Shown piece by piece: positions 1 to 11,800 of a stretch of DNA of 64,000 nt. Position numbers and translations under genes: made by a program. Source of the stretch: Neocallimastix sp. 'constans'. Its lineage: Eukaryota. The notes beneath the pieces are model-generated. The model ran no database searches, was not told the DNA's origin, and was given only the letters and a program-made list of their open reading frames with translations. The stretch lies in assembly GCA_050613775.1 (NCBI GenBank), contig JBODTK010000127.1, positions 248,001 to 312,000 on the forward strand. Reading direction: 5' to 3'. Positions within the stretch are counted from its first letter, which is position 1, and every line of letters starts with the position of its first letter.

Positions 1-583
1 AAAATTTTATATTCAAAAGAAAAAAAAATTTATTCTTTATTACACTATATTAATAAATAATAATATTATTGATTATCTATATATAATCCTATAATATTAT
101 TATTCTTCCCTTTTTTATTTTTTTTATAACTTTATTTTATTTTTTTTTATAAAATTTTTCTTCCCCCTTTTCCAAAAAAAAAAAAAAAAATATTTTTTTT
201 TCTATTTGTATATTATTTTTTTTATTATATATATAATGTTTATAATTTATTTTTAAGAACATATTTCATATTTTTAAATAATTTTATATACTTTAATTAC
301 ATATTAATTAAAAATAATAATTTTATACTTTAAATATAACTTAGAAATTTTTAACTATTTAATTTACTATTTACAATAATAATAATAATAATATTATTTT
401 TTTTTTTTTTATAACTAGAAATATAATTTAATTTAATAATTTAATTGTTTGTTGATAAAATTTTATTAATTTGTTTGCTTTAGATTGTTTTAATTAAAAC
501 CTAAATAATTTTTTTTTTTTTAATTAATTAATTTCTTTCCGAAAATTTTAGGAATTTCATATTTTTCTGAACACAACGTTCCA
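1..583 (-). repeat. 3' LTR of Gypsy element 1 (truncated by window edge)
   Basis: Matches 5375-5963; identity ends at AACGTTCCA (583); adjacent to the polypurine tract. Confidence 0.9.
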
Positions 584-636
584 AGACGTCCCCCTCTAGA
601 AGAAGGCTTCGTCCCTTGAAGTCCACGTTAATCAGC

Positions 637-773
637 TATAATCTAGAAAAATAGGGGATAACGTTCTTTAAATGAACATTCCTTTCCGCAATTTCTCCTG
701 AAATGGGATCACAAACTGTAATTGTATTAAACTCCTTCTTGACTATTTTTAGCGGTCCAGTGAAATATGGATC
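637..773 (-). pseudogene. Integrase C-terminus (GPY/F-like region)
   Basis: Minus strand reads DPYFTGPLKIVKKEFNTITVCDPISGEIAERNVHLKNVIPYFSRL*, homologous to the end of the integrase at 11704-12441. Confidence 0.85.
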
Positions 774-1864
774 TCTTCTCAGGCTACCACCAAGTACCGA
801 TGTACACAGAAGACCAAGATATAACTTGCTTTACGACGCTCTATGGAAATTATAATTTCAAAGTCATGCCCTTCGGATTGTGTAACGCACCTGCGACCTT
901 CCAAAGGGAGATGAATAGAATTTTCTTCGACCTAATTGGAGAATGTGTTTTTATCTATATTGATGATTTAGTAGTATTTTCGCCCTCTTATGAACAACAC
1001 ATTAGGGATCTTGCAAACGTTTTCACTGTACTTTAAGAAAACGGATTAAAATTAAATTTAGAAAAATGTCATTTCTTCCAAGAGGAAGTGGAACTGCTAG
1101 GCCATATCCTATCTACTAAAGGTATTAAGCCTATACCAGAGAAGGTAAAGACAATTTTTCATTGGCTTCCCCCGAATAATGTATCTAAGCTTCATTCATT
1201 TTTAGGAGCGGTGGGATACTACCGGAAGCTTATTAAGGACTTCGCCCAAATCGCAAACCCTCTCTTTAAACTGTTAAAGAAAAATTCAACGTTCGAGTGG
1301 ACTTCGGAAGCCGACTTAGCTTTTAAGACTTTGAAGGAACGATTAGTACAAACTCCAATCTTGGTACCACCTGATTTTGGTAAGCCATTCATTATAAGGA
1401 ATGATGCCTCTCGGAGTGGAATAGGAGGTGTCATTATGCAAAAGGATGATAAGGGAGTTGAAAGACCAATCCATTATATCAGTCGAGCGCTTAAGAAAGC
1501 CGAGAACAAATATAGTGTCACTGACTTAGAGGGGACTGCAGCCTTGTATTGCATCAAGAAATTTAAGCATTACATATTAGGGAACAATTTTGGTACTACC
1601 TTGTTAACTGATCACAAGCCATTAGTTGGGATCTGTAATAACACGGAGCCTTCCAATAATCGACATGCAAAGTGGATAACCACATTAAGTGCGCTTCAGG
1701 TTAAAGTTCGATTTGAGGAAGGAAAGAAAAATGTAATTGCGGATGCACTATCTAGGATGGAAACCAAAAATATGATTGTGGAAGAATTGGAGAAAGAGAA
1801 CAACGAAGTGGTATTGATTTCTCAAAATATTGAAGACTTTATTAATCAAAGAATTATAGAGATC
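770..1864 (+). pseudogene. pol fragment: RT core and RNase H (inverted relative to the element)
   Basis: DLFSGYHQ, MPFGLCNAPATFQ, YIDD, DASRSGIGG, TDHKPL, ADALSR; one in-frame stop at 1034-1036. Confidence 0.95.
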
Positions 1865-2595
1865 TTCTCCTGTTTTAGCTTCTCTTAGTTCTTTAAGCCG
1901 CTCTACTTTATTTCTCTGTTTGACTGGTTCTATTCTTTTCTCGGCTAAATACGATAGATCTAAGTGATCCAACCGCGAAGTATTGGAATGGTTATTTTGA
2001 TTTATTGGTTTTTCTTGTTCTTCCAGATTCATTTCTATATCCGCTGTTTCCTGAGATTCTGCCAATCTATTTGGTTGTTCATTACTACTTTTAACTTCCT
2101 TACTTTTCTTATCTTCTTTAACACTTCGGTTTTCTCTCTGGAGTGACACGTTATGTGCCATAGCGGGAGTTGATATTTGGTACTGGATTGATTTTTAAAT
2201 TAGATTCCTTCATAGAGTTTGGCTTGATATAAGGATTAGTTTTCTTCATCTTAAGAGTAGCTTTCTTCACTGCAGGGATAGCGGCTTCCTTGTTAGATGT
2301 TGTAGTGCTTTGAACTTGGTCAAAGGACTCCCGATTAGTGGATAATATAGTGGTTTGGTTACTGGAAGTTTTCCTTCTCCCAATTCCTAATTTAAAAGTC
2401 CCTTTTCTTCCATCTCAGCTAATATTCCTTAAAGGAGTATGGACATTCTGGTGACTTATGACCGAGTTGTTTGCATCTAAAACACCTAATGGCTTTAGCT
2501 TTCCTAGAAGATGCGTCTGTTACTTTCTGATCATTAATAGCCAGAGTCTCCCTTTTTGAAATATTTTTAATAAGATTATTCTTATTTTCTGGATC
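1861..2595 (-). pseudogene. Displaced gag C-terminal fragment with CCHC zinc knuckle
   Basis: CFRCKQLGHKSPEC on the minus strand; bounded by GATC at both ends; interrupts the RNase H-integrase frame. Confidence 0.85.
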
Positions 2596-3562
2596 GATGA
2601 GGAAAATTTTTATAAAAAAAACGGAAGATTTAGAAAGATAGTTAAAGATGAAAAAGAGAGGTTTCAACTAATAGAAATTGCTCATGCAGTTGGGCACGAG
2701 GGAATATATAAAACTTATCATAGATTGAAACCCAACTACTATTGGAAAGGAATGAACAGAGACATAAGACTGTATATTAAATGTTGCCCCAAATGACAGA
2801 TGTATAAAAAACAAAAACAAAATGAGAACGTAGAAAATCTACCAACAAAACCAGGATATCCATTCTCCAGAGTCGGGCTAGATACTGTCGGGCAGTTACC
2901 AAGAACAAGAACCGGAAATAAGTACATAATAGTCTTGGTAAACTATTTAACTAAATGGGTTGAGGCCGAACCTTTGAAGGAAATTGGTTCAAATGATGTG
3001 GTGAAATTTTTAAAGAAAGTCTTTGCTCGACATGGTGTTCCTGAGCTGTTAATAACGGATAATGGACCACAATTTATTTCGGATAAAACTATAGCTTTCC
3101 TTGACCTGCATGATGTGTATGTACATTATGCAACAACTTACTATCCTTCCACCAACGGAGAAGTAGAGAATAGAAATAAGGAAATTATTAAATATCTTAA
3201 ATTATTAGCTAAACAAGAAGATGATTGGGACGAAGTTCTACCTAGTGCTTTATGGGCCTTAAGAACATGTAAGAATGAGAAGACGAAGTTTAGTAGCTTT
3301 GAATTACTATATGGACGTCAGGATTTACAACCGCTGGAATTAACATTAAATAAAGACGGACGAAATGAATATGAAAGTAAGGAAGAATTTTGGCTCCAGA
3401 AGTTTATAAAACATCACAAGTGGATAAGAGAAGCAATAGACAATATTGAAATCGCAAATAAATTATGGAGTGATCGACGCAAACAAATTCGAAGAATGCG
3501 TTCGGAATATAAACCCGGGGATCTTGTTTTAGTTAAGGTCTTTAATAGAAGGAAGCTTGATC
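2592..3562 (+). pseudogene. Integrase HHCC and DDE core (inverted relative to the element)
   Basis: HAVGH...CCPK, GLDTVG, ITDNGPQF, NGEVENRN; ends RRKLD at GATC 3559. Confidence 0.95.
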
Positions 3563-4186
3563 AATTGTAGACAAAACCTGATTCTTACCAATATAACTAA
3601 GAATATCATCAATAAGTGGTAATGAGTATGCATCTTTCTCCGTTAAATCATTAACTCTTCGATAGTCTACACACATTCGGTATTGCCCATTCTTCTTTAA
3701 AACCAAAACTACTGGTGAGGACCAAGGAGAGTGTGATAGTTCTAACAGCCTATTGTTTATCAACTTTTCTAGCTCCTTCTTTAACACAATTACCTGTACC
3801 TTGGATAAACGATAAGCCCTTTGTTTAACGGGAGTAGCTCCTGGCTTTAGGATAATCCTGTGTGGTAGAAGTTTAGTAGGTTTTAAATCATCCGTTTTCA
3901 TTTCTAATACTTCCCAAAAATTTTTAAACAACTTGGTAACCGGATCTTTTACTAGATCTGGTATTAGTTTGATAATTTTCTCCACTCGAGTTTCTTTGGT
4001 ATCTAATGGTTCTTTATTTGTAATACATAAGGATACTGTTATATTTACTTGCTTACTTGCATCTATATCGACTACATCTTGTACTTTGTCGTTCTCTTCG
4101 TCAACACTCGAACGGAGGTCATAATACATAGGTGCAAGCTTTATTGGAAGGTTATTAATGTCTATAGTATTGTAACGTGCTTCTAT
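3559..4186 (-). pseudogene. pol fragment: post-protease linker and RT N-terminus
   Basis: PVKQRAYRLS, SPWSSPVVLV, RMCVDYRRVN; ends ...VLSTID at GATC 3559. Confidence 0.92.
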
Positions 4187-4738
4187 TGTAACGGCGGGAC
4201 GTAGTATAGAAACACAGAAAGGAGAAAACTCAATAGGTTTACACTATCTATATAAATAATTCGTTTTATTAAAAAATATTTTTTATTAATTATAAATTTT
4301 AAAATAATTATTAATATTAATCAACAGGGTAATATTTCGAATTATACGTTAATTATTATTAATAAAAGCACGAAGAAAAATATTTTCATTCGTGAAGTTC
4401 GCACTATTTATACTTTTAACGGAAAAACAGTTTTAACATGTAAAAATAATTTTAAAGAAATATTTAGAAATATGTTTGTAATAATTAATAATGTAAAGTT
4501 TCTAGAATATAGATTTTAATTGATGAAAATGAATCTTATCAAAAAAGAATAAAATAATTTATATAATAAGAATTTCTAAATTCATTTTGGTTGAATTACG
4601 AACCGAAATATTCTTTAACTTTCTATAATTTATACAGAAAGAATATTCACGAAGATATTATTAATAATTAATAAAATAATTATTTATGCAAAATGAGTTG
4701 AGGTGTGAGTCGAACCCATGAAGTATTGGTCATGTTCA
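4187..4738. mobile_element. Solo LTR replacing the gag-protease interval
   Basis: 552-bp AT-rich non-coding block bounded by TGTAAC...GTTCA. Reading frames stop exactly at both edges. Flanks TCTAT and GTAAG are not a TSD. Confidence 0.65.
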
Positions 4739-5221
4739 GTAAGCTTTTTGTAATGTATCTACTTTAGCAATAGAAACCTGGGAACATGGAAAAATCCTAG
4801 TTCTAATGGCCTCCTTATACTCCTTGACTGTTATTAGCTTCTGATAGTCCCTACTAAGATTACGGTATAACTTTTTGTAACGATGGATAAACTGTCTTAG
4901 TGATTCTCCTTCTGTTATAATAAGATTCCTCAGAACTGCCCACTTATCTCCCTCTGTTATCTCTAGATGAGTTTCAACAGCCTTTTGAATTTCAATAAAC
5001 TTAGGATAACGCTCTTCATTATTTTTTTTTGTAGCCAAAGCACGGATTACATCCTTGACATCGTCCTCCACTGCGGCCAATACCCAAGTGAATACTTTCC
5101 TTGGTTCCGTTATATCATAGAGGAGTAGGTATTCTTTTAAGTCCTCTACCCATTCTAGAACATTCTTCTTATAATCTTCCAAACGTGGAAGATCTCTCTT
5201 AATCTTGGCGGCGTCTAACAT
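4739..5221 (-). pseudogene. gag N-terminal part of Gypsy element 1
   Basis: ORF MLDAAKIKRDLP... starts downstream of the PBS and is cut at the solo LTR boundary. Confidence 0.75.
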
Positions 5222-5325
5222 AGGTAGCTTAAAGTTTTTTTTTTTTTTTTTTTGTTTTTATTTGTATATTATTATTATTATATATATTTTTCTTTTAATT
5301 TTCATAAAATTTTACAGAACACTCT

Positions 5326-5341
5326 CCCGGATTCTCCACCA
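5326..5341 (-). promoter_or_regulatory. Primer binding site, probably tRNA-Ala
   Basis: TGGTGGAGAATCCGGG lies just inside the 5' LTR and is complementary to a tRNA 3' end ...CTCCACCA. The tRNA identity is inferred. Confidence 0.7.
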
Positions 5342-5348
5342 AAAAGTT

Positions 5349-5963
5349 TGGGACGTAATGTTCTTATAAATTATAAAATTTTATATTCAAAAGAAAAAAA
5401 AATTTATTCTTTATTACACTATATTAATAAATAATAATATTATTGATTATCTATATATAATCCTATAATATTATTATTCTTCCCTTTTTTATTTTTTTTT
5501 TATAACTTTATTTTATTTTTTTTTATAAAATTTTTCTTCCCCCTTTTCCAAAAAAAAAAAAAATTTTTTTTTCTATTTATATATTATTTTTTTATATATA
5601 TATATATAATGTTTATAATTTATTTTTAAGAACATATTTCATATTTTTAAATAATTTTATATACTTTAATTACATATTAATTAAAAATAATAATTTTATA
5701 CTTTAAATATAACTTAGAAATTTTTAACTATTTAATTTACTATTTACAATAATAATAATAATAATAATAATTTTTTTTTTTTTTTTTTTTAGAGCTAGAA
5801 ATATAATTTAATTTAATAATTTAATTGTTTGTTGATAAAATTTTATTAATTTGTTTGCTTTAGATTGTTTTAATTAAAACCTAAATAATTTTTTTTTTTT
5901 TAATTAATTAATTTCTTTCCGAAAATTTTAGGAATTTCATATTTTTCTGAACGCAACGTTCCA
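5349..5963 (-). repeat. 5' LTR of Gypsy element 1
   Basis: Termini TGGGACGT...ACGTTCCA form an imperfect 8-bp inverted repeat; 7 nt from the PBS. Confidence 0.88.
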
Positions 5964-7033
5964 GAATCTGATGAAGAATGAAATTATAAAATCAAATATT
6001 ATAATAAAATTTATTTATAAATTAAATTTTAACCTTAAATAAGATTAAATTATCTGAACCTTAAATAATTCTGCTTTAATAAAATTAAAATTAAAAATCA
6101 ATCATGATCTTCTAGAAAAATTGTGTTTCTAGAAAAAAGAAAAATATTATAATAATTTTAAAAGATAACTTTTAATAATCTTGTTTTTATCAACGATATA
6201 ATTTCTTTATTTTCTTTATTGTTATTCTTTTATTTCTTTATTATTCTTTTATTTCTATAATAAAATATAATTATTCTTTTATTTCTTTTAATATAATATA
6301 TTTATTATTTTATTTCTTTTAATATAAAAAAATATTTATTCTTTTATTTCTTTTCTTACTAAAATTATAAATACCTTAAATTCGTGTAAAAATATAAATA
6401 CTTGTAAATATTTCTTTTAATTATTCTTCGTTGTTATTAAATTATTAAATTAATAAAATAATAAATAATAACCAAAATAAATAAATAAAATAAATTAGAT
6501 AATTATTTAATAAAAATTAATAAAGATAAATAATAATTATTTTACATTATAATTAAATAAAAAAAATAAAATGAAATAGTTTAATAAAATTATAGATTTT
6601 AGTTATAATTTAGAATAGTTTAGTAATATTAGAATAGATTAATAGTAAAAATAATTTATTCTTTAAAATTATTATAATAAATAATTAATAATTAATAAAA
6701 ACTTATTTTATATAAAATTATTATAAATAAAGTTAATAATAAAAATCTAATAGTAAAAATTTAATAAAATATGAAAATTGATAATTCATTTAGTGTATAA
6801 TTAAATAATTATTAATTTAGTTAATAAAAATAATTTATAATTATTATAATAGTTATTAAACTAGGAAATAATAATAAATAATAATAAAAAGTAATAAATA
6901 ATAACGAATAATAATAAGTAATAATAAATAATCATAGATAATAATTAATAAATAATATGGTATAAAATACTTTTGATAAGCAATTACCACTTTTAGGACA
7001 ATTTCTAAATTAAGGTAATTGTTACATTTTATC

Positions 7034-8369
7034 AATATATTATAGATATTTTATTATTAAATAAAATAAATAAATTTAAAATCAAATTAATTTGATAATT
7101 CTAATTATCAAAGTTTATTATAAATAAAATTTTATTAAACTAAACATTTAAATATTTATTATTATTATTATATATTTATATAGTATATTACTATATAGAC
7201 ATATCGACTTAGTGAATATTTTTAATAAAACATATTATTTTATTTAAATTTAAACTATAAATTATATCAAAATCTTAACATAATCTAAAAACTTATTTTT
7301 CTTCTTCTCTTTTTATCCAATTTATGGTACTGTAACGAATCTTAATAATAATTAACTTGTCTTAGTTGTTAGTAACTAAGTCACTGATTTGAACTTCTCG
7401 AGTTTAAACCCGCATAACTTCTTTTTATAAAAAATTTATTTTAAAAGTTCTTATCTTATCAAAAAAATTTTTTTATCTTATCAAAAGTTTTATCAAATTA
7501 TTTTAATTGGTTTAAATTTACATCATAAAAAATTCTTTTTGAAAATTTTTTGTATAAATAAGAGTGAATTTTTCTTCAAAAGAATTTTTTAAAAATGTTT
7601 TTTTTATTGTAACGTGAATTCGGGGCGTAACCCAAAATAATTAACACCACTAGGTTTGTATAAAAAAATGAATAATAAGTAAATAGTTTTTTAATAAAAA
7701 AGAATTTATTATTTTTTAAAAGTTAAAATTTTTTTTTTATTATTTATTTATTAGTTATTAATTAAAAATTTGTAATTAAATTACTTATTAAATAATTAAT
7801 AAAAAACACAATTTTTTAAAAATTCTTTTGAAGAAAAATTCACTCGTATTTATACAAAAAATTTTCAAAAGGAATTTTTTTATGATGTAAATTTAAACCA
7901 ATTAAAATAATTTGATAAAACTTTTGATAAGATAAAAAAAATTTTTTGATAAGATAAGAACTTTTAAAATAAATTTTTTATAAAAAGAAGTTATGCGGGT
8001 TTAAACTCGAGAAGTTCAAATCAGTGACTTAGTTACTAACAACTAAGACAAGTTAATTATTATTAAGATTCGTTACAGTACCATAAATTGGATAAAAAGA
8101 GAAGAAGAAAAATAAGTTTTTAGATTATGTTAAGATTTTGATATAATTTATAGTTTAAATTTAAATAAAATAATATGTTTTATTAAAAATATTCACTAAG
8201 TCGATATGTCTATATAGTAATATACTATATAGATATATAATAATAATAATAAATATTTAAATGTTTAATAAAATTTTATTTATAATAAACTTTGATAATT
8301 AGAATTATCAAATTAATTTGATTTTAAATTTATTTATTTTATTTAATAATAAAATATCTATAATATATT
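7034..8369. repeat. Long inverted repeat (arms about 7034-7608 and 7798-8369)
   Basis: About 570-bp arms that are reverse complements with a few substitutions and indels; spacer about 190 bp. Confidence 0.92.
7608..8077. mobile_element. Solo LTR
   Basis: TGTAACG...CGTTACA termini, non-coding; start resembles the LTR at 4187. Confidence 0.65.
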
Positions 8370-8839
8370 ACTATTAAGGTAATTTTACAATAACCTTACA
8401 AAGAACATAAAAGAGAGATTTTTACATCTTTCTTTTATACTTTGTAAGTTACATAATAATAATATTTAATTATAAGATATTAATAATATAGTAATATAAA
8501 TAATAATAAAATATAAGGATAAATTTAATTATATAATTAATTTGAATAATTGAATTTAATATAGATATGTTGTAAACATATATAAAAACATAATATAAAT
8601 AGAATACACGTGACGTCAAATGTATCATTGAAATTAATTATTAATATAAACCTTATTTATTAATATTCTCAGAATTATTAGGCCTAAGATAACTCTTTAA
8701 ATATTAAACAAGAATTTATATTAATTATTAATTATTTAAATATATATATTATTTATAATTAAATAAATAATATTTTTAATTATTGAAATGTAAATAACTG
8801 AAATTGAGATTTCAATTCAGTTATTATTTCAACAGATTA

Positions 8840-11800
8840 TGCAGATTCCTTAACCAATAATCCTGACGCATGGAGAAAGGTTATGCTTAAAGACCATTTT
8901 TCTATTACCAAAGTAATCACTATAGCTGAAAAAGTTGATCGTTTATCTATTAAAAATAGTATTGAATATTATGATAAGACTGGTTACAATTTCCTTAACT
9001 CTAAAAGTAATTTTAAGAAGAACATTTCAAATGATTTTAACAAACCAAAAACCCACAAAAATATATCAATAGAAAATCTCACTAACAAGATGAAAGAAAT
9101 GAAAATTAGTACTTGCTGGTTTTGTAGTAATGAAGGACATACTAAACGAAACTGTCCTAAATTAAATTCTATATTGGAAAATAACAGCAAGAAGTATTAT
9201 GAAAAACACTTAAACCACTAAAAGGGAGTAGAATCACTCCCATCGTCAAAAAAAATTGCTTCAGTCTGCCATCGTCCTATAACAGTTGACTTAAAAGAAG
9301 ATGATGATTATTAAGAAACTGCTGACTTCCAAGAAGGTACTACTATGGATTATTATGAATATTTTGATAATGAGTCAGATGGTTCGAAAGAATTGGATTA
9401 CTTAGTAAACGTTATAAAGAGAAAAGCAAATCATAAAGATGAAGAGACTAGTAACTAAAGAGGAAAGAGGGTTCACCGTAGTTTAAGAGATGATCCTAAG
9501 CCAATAGTTACTCTAGGTTTACAAAAATAAAATAAAAAGGAAATCAATTAAGGGGAACATCGCGACCAGTCAAAAAGCCAACAACTCAATTACATCCTTC
9601 GATTATGGCTCAACCCAGAATAGAGAAAGAAAAGATAATTGAGAAAGAGCAAAGAGATAAGGAAAGAGCTAGTACTAGTACTTCTGTGGAAAATAATAAA
9701 AATAGTAATATAAATATTATTAATGAAGAAACTTCTCAAGAAGGGAATAATTCTAAACAAACCTTAAATAAATTGATTTAAGAAAAATCATCAGAAAAGT
9801 CAATTGAAATTAAACCAACTAGAATCTCAAGAAGAATACAAATGCAAACTGATTGTGATAGTTATGACGTGATCAAAGATTTAAACTCAAGTAATTGCAA
9901 TATTACATTAGGACAATTATTGGACGTTGCTCCAAAGATATGGTCTCAAGTATCTCAAGGACTTAAATTAGAAAAGAATAATACTAAAATTTCAAGTGCA
10001 GCTGATAATATGTGCACTACTACAATAATAACGAACAATATAGATCATATACATATATAAGTAAACATCATGAACCACAAGAAGATGACATTACTATGGT
10101 TGATGTAATAGTAGATGGAGTTCGTGGTAAGGCTTTAATAAATTCATGTAGCAACTTAAATATTATCACAAAACAATTTTTAGATAAATTACCTTATCAG
10201 AATGAGCCTATAGGAGTTAGTGCAGGACGAATACGTTTAGCAACGATGAATGATGATTACTCAGAATAATTGTTAATCAAAGTTTCCAGTAAAAATTAAT
10301 GAACTAGAACTACTTGCTACGTGTAGAATTATAGATAGGGAGGATCCATTCTATGACATATTAATCAATCTCAATACTCAAATTAATAACCAGTTATTTA
10401 TACATCCAATTAGATATAGTCATTGGAAAACAAAGTTAAAGCTATTAAAGAATGGAATGTTCCCTCTAACATTAATGAACTTCGATCATTTTTAGGAGCC
10501 ATTGGATATTATAGAAATTTCATTAAGAACTTGGCAAAAGTTACTGCTTCCCTCTGTTCATTATTAAGAAAAGGTGTTAAGTTTGAATAGAAAAAGGAAC
10601 AAGAAGAAAGTTTTAAAATTCTTAAGGAAAGATTAATCAATGACCCAATATTAAGATTTCCAAGATTTTCATGTTTCATTATTTGAACCTTACTATGAAA
10701 ACGAATTTAAAGATAGGAGAAATTGCAAAAGAAAAAATATACGTTTAACAACTGATTATGAAGAAAAAATTCTGGAAAGAATTAACGACATGAAGAGATT
10801 TAATGGAAAGAACTTTTACCTTGTTTCTTTGATTTATAAAATAATAAATAAAGTAAATAAATCATATGAACTAAATTTTTGAATTATATTCCTTAAGCCA
10901 CAAGACAAACTTTTAATGTAACAATTTTCGTAAAAAATTAATTCTGAGAAAATTATTGTTTTACAATAATTTAAATGAATTGATTAAAGTTTAAAACAAA
11001 ATAAATTAATAATTTATTTTGTGAAAATTAAGTTTCAAAATTTAATCATGACTCTTTTAACATTGTTTTTAAATTGAAAATAAATAAAGATTTTACTTAT
11101 AATATTAAAATAATAAATATATAATAAATATACTTAATTTAAATTATTTAGTATTTAGTTTAATTAATAAATATTTTTTTTTTAAATTTAGCTATAGTTT
11201 ATAAATTTATTATTTAATTAAATTCATTAGGATAGTTTTATATTAAAATATATGTAATTTAAATAAAATAATATATTATCAATGTATTTAGGAAAAGTAT
11301 AAATAGAAGATATATTAATAATTATATAATATTAAGAAAAAATATTTTTAATAAAAAATTTTAATAAAATAAAAACTTATTGTGTTGTTATTGTAATCTA
11401 TTTTGGTGTTTCTTTTACAGATGGTGATTCTCTTTGAAAAATAATCTCAGATGAGCATGAAAAGTTTCAATTGATTCTGAAGCAACACCAGGTGGGACAT
11501 GAAGGTTGGACTAAGACTTATGAGCGTTTAAAGAAGTCTGTTTATTGGAAGAACGTGACGACGGATGTTAAGAGATTAATAGAAAAATGCTAAACTTGTA
11601 AATTAAATAGAAGTATGAAATACCCTGAGCCTCTTGAACGCTATCCAACAGCAATACAAGATCCGTTCACTCATGTTGGACTTGATATTATTGAACTAAG
11701 TGGGTGGAAGCAGAGCCACTTAGTTCCATTACCTCTCAAGATGTGGTAAATTTTTTAATTATTAAGGTATTCTCTAGACATGGTGCTCAGGAAATCATAA

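Larger units (their letters stand above)
1..5963 (-). mobile_element. Ty3/Gypsy LTR retrotransposon, internally scrambled and partly deleted; left LTR runs off the window
   Basis: Near-identical direct repeats 1-583 and 5375-5963. On the minus strand, PBS TGGTGGAGAATCCGGG at 5326-5341 and PPT AGAGGGGG at about 590-597. Gag, RT, RNase H and integrase pieces lie between. Confidence 0.93.

Noticed and set aside
1219..4124. Small opposite-strand ORFs (1219-1434, 1964-2146, 2739-2927, 3933-4124)
   Set aside because: Shadow frames of retrotransposon coding sequence.
5964..7026. Possible further LTR ending ...GTTACA
   Set aside because: No partner copy or clear left end in the window.
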